This document shows, piece after piece, positions 29,201 through 41,200 of a stretch of 64,000 bases of DNA (the first letter of the stretch is position 1; each line of letters opens with the position of its first letter). Source of the stretch: Perna viridis (lineage: Eukaryota); NCBI GenBank assembly GCA_037379345.1, contig CM074511.1:53264862-53328861 (forward strand), read 5' to 3'. The notes beneath the pieces are model-generated. The model was given only the letters and a program-made list of their open reading frames with translations, was not told the DNA's origin and did not search any database. A program made the translations under genes and the position numbers.

Positions 29201-32200
29201 CATGTCTGTTGATGAAGCCCAAAGACGAGGAATTCTCGATAAGGATAAGAATGTTTACTACGACCCCAAGACTGGTGCATCAATGTCGTTAGAGGATGCA
29301 CTTAAAGTTGACCTAGTGATGGGAAAGACAATTGACCCAAGTGGAACAATGGATAGAGAAACTAAGGATGTTAAGCAGATCAATGTCACAGGAGTGCTTG
29401 ACTCACTATCAGGAAAACATTTTACTGCAGAAGAAGCAATAAATAAAGGCATCATTGATATTGATATGACGAAGTACTATGATGCCAAAGCCCACCAATA
29501 CATACCAATGGAAGAAGCACTGCAGGCTGGTCAAGTGTCTGGAATAGTGCAAACCATAAAAACTGTTCAAACCAAAGTCAAATCTGAGAAACCTGCTGTG
29601 ACATACAGTATAGCCAAGGTTATGGACACTTCTCAAGGTCGGATGATTGATGTAGCAGAGGCAATTGATAGAGGGGTTTTGGATGCTAAAGGCAACTTTA
29701 CTGATACAAGAGAAGGAGAAACAATGCCTTTATCTGAGGCAATGAAAAAGGGAATGATACATGCATCTGAGGTAGAGGGGAAAATATCTATGTCTCCCAC
29801 TAAGTCATCAGATAGCTTTAGGTTTTCTGATTCTTTAAAAAGAGGGTACATTGACTGTGAAAGAGGACTATTCACTCATCCAAAGACTGGTAATATATAC
29901 ACTGTTGATGAAGCAGTTAGAAGAGGAATGTTAATTTCATCAAACTCACAGCCATTTGATTACTTTGGTCCAAAAGAAGATGGATCAACAATTACAATTC
30001 AACAAGCTTTTGAAAGAGGAATAATCGATCCAAAAAACGGGCAATTCGGAGGCAGGGACAAGAATATCCCCATGTCCATTGAAGAAGCACTTCAAAGGCA
30101 GTTCTTGTCTCCGATAACTAGGCTTAACACACAACAAGGGGGATCAGTTGTTCTGCTGAAAGCAAGTCCACAAACAGCAGAAACTGGTGCAGTGAAGTAT
30201 ACAGATATTGTTGATACAAAAATGCCAATGGACAAAAATGGTTTTGAAGAACAAATTACTATTACAACAACTACTGTACCATTGAAAGAAGGAAAACCTT
30301 TAAAACCTGCCATGACTGTCAGTGATGCACTACGGGAAGGCAAGATTGATTTGAATACTGGAACATACCATTATCCCAACACAGGAGAGATTATGTCCGT
30401 AGATGAAGCTGTAATATGTGGCTTTCTGTCATTAGATGAACTAGTAACTGTGGATAAGCCAGAAGAAGAAGCTCCATTGTCACCTGTGTCATTATCTTCA
30501 GCCATTACATTAGGAAGAATTGATTTTGACACAGGAACATATTGTGATCCATCAGCTGGTGAGGTCATGACTTTACAAAAAGCATTACACACTGGGTTCA
30601 TTCAACCCAAAGTGTCTTTAGATAGTGCGCCAAAACCAGCTTCTTCAGATCAAGAATTAACTGTAACTAGGGGAGGGTCACCATTCAAACCAAAGACTGA
30701 AGTACAAGTTATAAATGGTGAAGTTGTGTCAAAGACATCTACCGAAATTCAGGTCACCACTGGAAGTGCAACATATGTCACGAAACCAGGTTTTATGGTT
30801 AATTCAAAGGGCAAAGTGGTTGATATCTCATCTGGAAACACCATGTCATTGTCTGAGGCAGCAGCACAAGGGCTTGTGTTCACTGAAAATACAGACAGTA
30901 AATCTACAGTGCAATTTGTTGAAGGCAAAAGGACGCAAGAATCTGAAAAGACATGTAGCTCCAAAACATTTGTTTGCAAACCTGACTACATTGTTGATGA
31001 TAAGGGATTTGTATCTAACACAAAATCTGAAGAAAGAATTCCATTATCAAAGGCATTATCTGAAGGAATAATTTTCATGGAAAGTTCTATGGATAAACAA
31101 GGTTTGAAAGTAGCTGATAAGAAACCAAGTGCTTCAGATTCTTCTTATCAGGAAAGTGTGTCATTAGTTGCTAAACCTGGTTTTAGCATAGATTCAAATG
31201 GAAAAGTAATTGACACAAAAACAGGCGATGTCATCTCACTCCAAGAAGCCATTGTTGAAGGAATTGTGTATTCTGAAAATTTTGAGCCAAAATCTGAACT
31301 CCTAATCACTGAAGAAAAATTGGCTTCAGTGATAACTGAGAAACAATCATCAACTGTAAAACTGAGGTTACATAAAGCCAATGGTGCATCTGTTGACCAG
31401 AAGGCTGATGAGTTGGACAGCAGTGTGAAAAGTTCAGTTGGAAGGACAGGTGGAAGATTTATTCAACTTGAAGAGGTAAGAGGATTATTCAATTGCTTTT
31501 CATATGCTTTAATTGGTCTTATGGTGTGTTGTAAATTTGGTGGGGAAAATAATGGGGGATTCACTTTCATCACATAAATAATCACACTTCTTTAAATATC
31601 AAAATCCATTTAATTTCAATGATAGTCTTTGCAATACTATTACTGTGTTAAAGATTTATCACAGTTATATTCAATGATAAGTGAATGTGAGATGTATGAT
31701 TAGAGTGGTGAAAACTTAGTGGTGCATGATGAATATTCAGGTGATATATTGTGGAATTATAGAACAGTACAACGACTTATTCTTTTATTTTAAGTTTCTC
31801 TATTCAATGTATATTTTATATAGATAGTGAGTTTTGCTTGTGTTTAATTATATTTATGAATCTTTGCTTTTCAGAACTTATGTTAGTAGAATGGAATATT
31901 ATATAATTTGCTCTTAATGTTCATGTATTTAAGTATTTTGAATAGTTTTTATGTACATGTATTGCTTAATATTGTTTGAATTTTATCTGTAGTATCTTAT
32001 TTGATTTTTTCTTATGTTACTTTAGAACAGCCTGCACCATTAATTACTAGGCCCTGGCCTTATAAAACATAAAATTATGTTTGTCTGAAAAATCTAGAAT
32101 TTGGAGTTACAGTGGAAGTTAAGAATACTCTCAGACTTAATTATTTTTCAATTTATGTGGGGCTAAGGTTAAATATCCAAAAGGGATTAATTCCTATTCT

Positions 32201-35200
32201 GACTGGTGAAAATTTGTCAAATCTCTACATACTGGTAAATGTAAAGAGGATTTTTTACAAATTGATCCCCAACACTTATAGAAAGTTTTGGTGCAGGCTG
32301 ATATTCTCATATTCTGTTGATCATTATGAATAATTTTGAGGCACAGACCATTTTCTTCTTGTGGAGGAGCCTGGATTTTATATTGAGTTAGAAAAAAATA
32401 TTTATGCAAGCTTGGAAATATCTTTTTTTCAGCAGCAGCTGGAGTTAAAAAAATATTTGAAATCTACATGGTTATGGTAATGAGGATATATTTTAATCAT
32501 AATTTTTTTTCTGTCTTTGGCTAATTGAAAAAAAAATTTGCTCAACAAAAAATTACTTTGTTTTTTTTCAAAATAATTCCCCCCACCCCTGAATGTAAAA
32601 ATGGTTGGTGCCCAACTTCTTTTCTTATTTGATAACAATGTAGTACATTGATTATATATAGTATTATCTTAATAACTACTAAGTAATGTCAAATTCTTTC
32701 ACAAATCAATCATGAAATACACTTTAGATTATTTTCATTTTCACTAACAAAATATTTTTCTAATTCTGAATTGAATGTGTTTTTATTCTTTCTTCAGTTT
32801 CTATAATATTTTGTTTCTTAACTTTAATTGATGCTTGGTAGTACTTTTACGTAATAAGAAATACTTTTGTCTGGATGTTTCCTTATCAGAATAAGCCGAC
32901 CTGGGATTTTTATTATTATTATTTTTTTTATTATTTTACTTGTATAAGTATACAGAATAAGAAGCCTTAACACTGTATGTAGGCATACTGGACAACTGCT
33001 TACTACTGAACAGTTATTTATTTCACATTACATCACAATATTTTTGTTAAACAATTGATTTTCCTTTGTTATCAAATTTATAGTCTACAAAAATCATTTG
33101 TTTATAGTTTGAATTTTCCTCATTTTCATTCTATTATAGCATATTATCGTAAAGGTTGGAAAAAAGAGATGTAACTCTGTCACTGTGACATTTTATTTGA
33201 AAATCATCAAAATTTTCTTTAGATAAAACTTTTAAAAGATATATTAAAATCATTATTTCAAAATTTGATTTTTGCTTTTGAATTAATTGACATGCAAATT
33301 GAAAGTTAAGATAATTAGGAAAATTTTGATGGTTTTCTTGTATTGAAAAATATAGAATTTTCAGATGACCAATTTTGAAGATAAAGATGATGTTCCATAT
33401 AAATCCAAGAAACAGAGGTTGTCATTGGTTGATTTATACAACAGAGGATTATTTGATCCAACCAAAGGAATTGTAACAGATCCAATAAGCACTGCTAATT
33501 TCTCACTTGGGGCTGCTGTAAAACATGGACTTGTGGATGCTGTTAACACAGATGTTAAATTTCTGGACACTGGTGATTTCATGGACTTAGATTCAATTCT
33601 AGAATCGGGTTTACTTCAGGATCAAAAGCTTCAAATAGATTCTAATAATGGAGAGATTTACATTGGTTTCAATGCAGAAAAGATCATGATTAATCAGTTG
33701 AAAATGAAATGTGAAAGCAGGCGCTTGAGTCAACCAATCAGGTCTTTTCTCGTGACTGAAAATAAAAAGATGGACTCAGAATCAGTTGAGGATAAATTTA
33801 TTGTGGACAGTGCAACTGGTCATAAGATTACATTCAAACAAGCTATAGATTGTGGACTAGTTAAAATAATTGATGAGGGATCTTATACAAGTGGTGAAAT
33901 GTCTGATCGCTGCTTTGTAAGAGATACAGCAAATGAAAAGTGGTGTTCATGGACAAAAGCAATGAATTTAAATATTGTTGTTGATGGGGAAACTGAAATT
34001 AATATGAAGAAACTGTCAAAACAATCTAAGCATGTCTCTTTTGAAGCAGACACATTGCTATCAAGTAGTGGCCGAAGTATGTCTGGTACTCGTGACAAAC
34101 GTAAACATTCCATTGATGTTTGTTTGAAAGCTGATCTCCCTGTGACATTAGATGCTGTTATAGATAGTGGATTGTATGATCCAATCAGAAACACAGTTAC
34201 TAATGTGGAAACTGATGAGGAGGTATCATTCAGTGAAGCTATTGAATTGGGTCTGATTCATAAGGATTCCTTAGTTCGTGACCCTGTAAGTAAAGATATC
34301 CTGACTCTTGGAGAAGCCATAGATAAACGATTAGTTGACCCTGCATCTGGTCGAATGATGTTGTCTTCAGGATTACCAATTGCTTTGAACTTTGCTCTCA
34401 CCAAAGGACTTGTTGTAAGATGCAAATCGCCATATCATTTGACTTTATCAGAGGTCATAGAAGAAGGACTTTATTCTCAAGAGAAAGAACTGTTTCTTTC
34501 ACCTGACAATGAAAATGAACTAGCATTCTCTGAGGCAATATTTTCTGGAATGATAGATTCAAGTTTGATACGTGTTAGGGACACGAAAGATGGAACTATT
34601 CATGAACTGGACGTAGCTTTACAGAAAGGACTAATCAACATATCATCAGGTCGATGTGTTGATACATTGACAGGAAAAGTTCTTTCATTACTGGACAGTA
34701 TAGAAAATGGAATATTAATTGATCTCTCAAATCAACCTAAGTATGGTGTCTTGGACATAATTGAGGAAGATCTTGTTGAAGCAGATGGTCTATTTATTGA
34801 CCCTGTTACTAATTATGGGGTAACTTTAAAGACTGCTATAGACAGTGGGTTAGTTGATCGAACCGCTTTCTTAGTTCGTAATCTAAATCATCAAACACTT
34901 GAAACTCTTGATGGTGCTATAGCTGAAAACATTATTGATATTACTACAGGGCAATATGAATGTTCTAATGGGAAATACATATCATTTAGTGAGGCTATAT
35001 CTAAGGGATACATTGTACAAAATCTTGGTAGTCCTGACCTTAACCTTGTTGATGCTATACATGAAGATGTCTACAATCCAATGAAACAAAAATTCACAGA
35101 TCCTAGAACAGGAGAAGTATTAAACTTTAATGAGGCTATAAAATCAAAACTAGTCAAATGTGAGGATATCTGTGTCAAAAATACAGAGACTAATGAAATA

Positions 35201-38200
35201 ATTTCATTTTCTGATGCTGTCATAGCTGACTTAGTCAATGTAGATGAATGTGTTGTTCATGATGTTGAAAGTAATGAGTTCTATGATTTGAAATCAGCAT
35301 TAGATAGAGGTCTGCTCCATCAAGTAATACATTGTCCTGGACTAGGCATTGTTGAGGCTGTTAGATGTGGAATTTATGACATAGACTCTAAAGAGGTTAT
35401 TGATAAGGTATCTAAAATGTGTATTGGCATTGAACAAGGGATTGAGTTTGGGATCATTGATCTATCTCAAACCCTCATCAAAGATGTAAGGCTTGATTCT
35501 TTTGTACCTCTCGATGTCAGCTTTAATGACACATTCTCAAAACCTGAAAGAAGAACTTTCTATTCTGATGACATTGATTTGAAGGACAAATTACGTCGAG
35601 ATCTGATTATTGATGTTCCATCAGTTGGCTTTACAATTCCTCAGATTGTGAAGATGGGACTGTATGACCGAGAGACAAGAAAGATTCATGATCCAAGAGG
35701 TGACCTTCATATGACATTATCACAAGCTATTGTATGCAAGTTTGTAGATGATAAAAACACTGAAGTGATTCTACTAGACAAAGGTGTTGTATCTCTGAAG
35801 GATGCTATGAAACATAGGGTCATTGATTCTGAAACATGTTACTATATGGAGAATCTTTCACCATATGATACAGTTTCTATGGGATTAATCATTGACAAAT
35901 CCGAGGAAGAAATTAAGCCAATCCTATCTACTGTAGACACTTTGCTTAAAGATTCTAAAATAAATGAGTACCTGGAAATGAGACAAATATTGGAAACAAG
36001 TATGTCAACCAAGACAGAGCAGAACAAACGAAAGCAATTCAACCAGCCTCAGTTTGGCATTCAGAGGGCTGTTGAACAAGGAATTTTTGAAAAACATCGT
36101 TGCACATTCCATGACCCTAGAACTAACATGTCAGTAACTTTAGGAGAAGGTCTAAAAACTGGATTGATCCATGGAACAAGATCTAGAGTGAAAAATCCAG
36201 AAACTGGGAAGTATGTATCACTTACAGAGGCTACTGACAAAGGGATAATAAGTGATAAAACAGCCTCTATGTTAGATAGGAAGCATATGAAGACATACCC
36301 ATTGGAAAGAGCGATCGAGGAACAGATGGTCCTTGATGTACCATTCACTAGGGTTACACTTGATGAAGCTGTATATTATGGTTTATTAAACATGCATACA
36401 CTTAGAATGCAAAGTATGACAAGTGATGATAGAGTTCCACTTCCTGAAGCCATTGTAATTGGACTTGTAGACAATGAAGATACCCTCATCAAGGACCCTG
36501 TTAGTGGAGACCTTATGACATTAACCAAAGCAGTGGATTCTGGTATATTTATTCCACAAACAGCACAATTAAAAACCATTGATGATAAAAAGTTAGGATT
36601 ACTTGATGCCATTGAACAAGGTTATGTGTTAAATGGGCGTAGTTTATGTAACAGCTTCAAAATGTCAAATATGAGACAAAGATCTAGCAATAGTCATTCA
36701 AACCAGAGCAGTTTGGAATCTGGGGATAAAATACTGTCACCTGATCTTACTTGCAAACCAATAAAGTTTGGGGAAGCTCTTCGATTTGGCCTTATAAATT
36801 CTGATACTATGGACTTTGTACTCCATGATCGATCATACACACTGCTAAAGGCTATTGATGAAGGTCTTGTAGATGTAGCAAATGTGTCATTTTATGATGA
36901 AACATCTGATGAAAGAATACCACTAGCCTTAGCTCTGAGATCAAACATGGTAGGCACAGAGGATCAAACACTACCAGCAGGAATCAGTTTCAAGGCAGCA
37001 TTGGATCGAGGTCTCTTAGTAGAGAGGTTAACTCCAGCAGTAAAGGAAAATAAACCTGTATCTGAAAACAAAATAGATGACAGTAAACCAGAGGTTACTA
37101 TTGACACACTGCTCAAGTCAGTATCACAAGAAAGCTTTAGAATTGGAACTCTGGCAAATGCTATTCAGAAAGGGTTACTTGATGATATAACTGGAATGAT
37201 TAAAGATCCATTCACTGGGAAACTGCTCACTATACAGGATATGATCCAAAACCATCTAATCAGACCTTATGTTAAAGAGATATGGTCAGGAGACAACCTT
37301 ATTACTCTATCTGATGCCATCAGTAGAGGAATTATAAACCCTGTTGATGGGAAATATCTTGACAATGGAACCTGGAAACCTATTACATCTGATTATGTAA
37401 GTGACAGTATGGCTTCTTCTAATTTGTCAGATCAAATGGATGCTAAAAGCTCTGTAGAAATCTATGTTGAAGAGATACTCACCAGTGACCAAAATAGGAT
37501 CAAGTTAAGAGAGGCATTCTCTTCTGGAATTCTAAACCAATCCAATTCAAAAGTAATTGATCCAGACACAATTCAGCCAATCACACTGAAGCGTGCAGCA
37601 AGTCTTGGTATGATTGATAATAATACTGGAGATTTCAAAAACCCACAATCAGGAGAGACTATAAGCTTAGCAGAAGCAGTGTCAAAGGGATTCATCTTAA
37701 CACCAAAGGGCTTAAGTCTCTATAGTGCAGTCAACCAGGGCCTTTATGATGGAGAAAATAGAACATTTGTTGACCCAAGCACTGGAAAGGAACACTCACT
37801 TAGAGAAATGATTGAGATGGAAATTGTTACTTCACAGTGTCAAGAGGTTAGAGACCTAGCAAAGGAAGGCATTATAATTACTTTACAGAAAGCAATAGAT
37901 AGAAAAATTATTGAATGGAATGAAAATGTCTATGTGAATCTCATGGACAACAATGTATACAATTTCAATGATGCAATTGCTGCTGGTTTGATAGTAAGTA
38001 ACATACCAAGAGAAGGGTTACGGGAAAGTCAGAATAGTGATATACAGTTCCGTGTGCCAAGTCCTCACAGTTTTGACCATACAAGATATAAGTGCATGGC
38101 TGAAGCACCAATTGGACCTATGTTGATGAAGCCACCACCTTTGAATCGTTCTCGTGCAAGTAGTTCCTCAGACTTATCCAATACTGATTCCTCAGGTACA

Positions 38201-41200
38201 GACAAAGATGGTCTTTCATGGCTACTACCCTTGTCATCTGATGCAATACGTGATATCATAGCAACAGCTAAGTGTAAAAAGGAGGCTTCTAAGATGGATG
38301 ACAGCATTGATGGGAAAACAAATGGTGAAAGACCTGATTCCAGTGATGATGAGGGATATAAACCAGATCAGAAACCATTGTCAGAACTGAAAGCTCCAAA
38401 GATAAAACCACCCAAGCAAGATCTGCTGAGGACAGTACTAGAAAATAAAATGACGGCTTTACGGAAGGTAGGAAGCTGAAGCATGGGAGATAACTCATTG
38501 TGTGATGAAAGCTTTTTTGTGCTTTGAATGAATCAATCTTGACATATGAATGAAACAATCGTTTGCAACCTTAACTACTGTGTATTGTAACCTTTTGAAC
38601 CTGTCATCTGCAACATATTAATGTGTTTCTGCTTAACAAATTTGGAGTATAAAAGCATGTGACTTCAGTTTCTATTATTTTCGGCATGATGTCTATAACA
38701 AAGAAATATGATACTTGCCAACCTTACGTTTCAATGCTTTGACATGAACCGTTCCTGCATGGTGTTTACAAAGGCAGAAGTTTACTTTAGTTTTCCTTTG
38801 TTTGAACTTGGATCCTTAGTGCTTTATTATGTTAGACAATTGTATTATTGCATTATGACATTTTACTGTACATTGATTTTAATGTAAGTCAATATTTACT
38901 TTTGCATGTGATTTGATATGATTTGTGTGATATTAAGAAAGATCCAGTTTCTGATCTAAAAAAAAAAAGTATGCTAATATGGAAATTCAAAGCAGTATGA
39001 AATACCGGTATCCACATAGTAATTGACTTAGTCACAATTTTAGTTTTAACAGAGAACTTGTAACAGTATATTTTACTTCTCTTTTTAAAATTATGTCATG
39101 AAGCATAAGTAGAAATCAAATAGATTTGCCATAGAAAATGGTTCTTTCTTTATATTATGTTAGACTACAGTTCATGATTGCTGAGAAAACGAGGACAAGC
39201 ATGCAAGTTATTGACCAGTAGAGTGTATAAGAGATCAGAGAGCATGTGAGAGTGTTTGAAGTAGATATCCCTTCTAATCACTTCTAATATACTCTGTAGA
39301 TATTAATTGGAATCTTGACAGTTACTCTTAAAGTGAGTTAGTAAATCAAGCTAAAACAATCACAGGCAGAAATCTGAGTACCAATACATGTATTTGTGTT
39401 TTAAATCTGATAAATAGCAGTATGTAAAAGCCAAAGTTGTTTATCTGAAATTTGATTTTTCAGCTGTTTTAAAGACTTATTTAGTAACTGTATATTCACA
39501 ATCATCTGAGATACAGGGTATATGAAGATTTCTTCCTGAATTTTTAATATTTAAATTTCTCTAAGAAGATTTTGACTCAAAAACATTTTTACCTCAATTA
39601 CTATTTTTTTAATATAAACTTGACTTGATTTGACTAAGGAATTTAATCAGTTTTTTTTATATCTGCGTCTTGGTTTGATGTAATGTTTAAAAGTTCTTTA
39701 TCCAATTCATTTTCCATCTTCACTATTATTAGTTTAGTAATCTGCATGGTTGCATTTTTTGTAATCCAAGTGAAAAGTTTTTACTTATCATTTATAAGTA
39801 TATTGAGCATCAACTGCATTTTTATTGTTTATTTTACTGCACATCTTAAAGTGAGGGAACTTTTATCTCTAATATTGTATTTCAAGTAGCATTTGCTCTA
39901 TACAGTCGTAATATAGTAATGGGTAGATATATGTATGGTTTTGGTATTGGGTTAGGCTTCAGTTAAAAAAAAAATAAACCTTAGGGGAACATAAAAGCTC
40001 ATCTAATTTATTTCATGTATATAGATGTACATAAAGAAGTACTTGAAAAAAATGTGCCTGTATTCTAAATATGCTTGTTACTTTCCCCCACCCAATGGTT
40101 TACACTCAGTATAGCTATTCACCAATCGTTTCTCCTCTTTAAAAAAAGTCAAACTCACTTGTAACTAATTGTCTGGCTTGTATTTTCTTTGTTTAAAATA
40201 ATATTGTATTAATTGCTTCCTGAAGTCCAGCTACAAAACATTCTAGAATTATGGCTTATCACTACAAGTAATATCTTTCAATTTACAAAATATGGTAGAA
40301 TTCCTTTCTAGTATGACATTATATGCATGATAATTGTTGTCTGATATTGATGTGATTTTTACTTTACTGCACACCTGAGAATGTAATGTATACTTTAACA
40401 GTTTGTTATTTTATTTTCAGTGACTTGGTGGTAGTCAAGCGGGTGCCTGCTGTTCCTTTCACCTCCCTCCTATAACTCTTCCTTTTTAGATCTTTGCTTC
40501 GAACTTTATCTCTTCTGTCTGTGCATGCGAGTTAGAATGCTTGTATTGTATGTTGGCTAGTTGAACATTGTATTTCACACTGTACTTTATTACCCATGTT
40601 ACATATACTGTGGATCCTTATTAGATTGCTTTGTATGTTTTATATATATACATGTTCTTTAAAGTATCCCTGTGTATATCTTTGTTTTTCTTTTTGTAAA
40701 ATTCTTGCCTATTATTGCTGAAATAGCTCTTCTGATGAAGTCTAGCTTTAGTGAATTATATTCAGAATTTGAATTTTGTGTGATTTATGCTTTAAAAGAA
40801 GAGTACTCATTCTTTACTGAAACTATGCTAAAGAATGTTTTTCAAAAATGATACATTTCTCATTTTCTAGATGTAGTGCATGTGATACAGAATTGTTAAT
40901 TCCTGCTGTCTGTTGTCTAAAATCCCTAAGTCAAAGCAGTGTTTTAATCCATGTCATTTGGCTTTATCCTATCATGCTTTTCAATGAATCAGCTTTTAAG
41001 CTTTTGCACTTTCTCTTTGTTTTAGGTTTTATAACTTGTTTTTGCTTTATTGCCAACAGAAACAATATAGTTTATGTGGTCATATTTCAGGGTCGGTTGG
41101 TAGACTCATATGACAAATTAGGACAGGATCTAAATAATGAACTTAACTGGTTGTCTGATGTTGAACAGCTTCTCAGAGATGACCATCCTATCAGTGATGA

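Noticed and set aside
32031-32072. Possible terminal exon [13 protein letters not shown]-stop after a pyrimidine tract
   Set aside because: Competing upstream AG, no clear poly(A) signal, and it runs into repeat-like sequence; too weak to call.
20397-38479. Treating the 3,726-aa and 1,704-aa ORFs as standalone intronless genes (epiplakin-like) or retroelements
   Set aside because: Both have in-phase acceptors and donors linking plakin-domain exons to rod exons, and neither has RT or integrase motifs.
21017-38558. Many 60-170 aa minus-strand ORFs over the giant exons
   Set aside because: Antisense shadows of a repetitive sense ORF, with no independent domain or splice signals.
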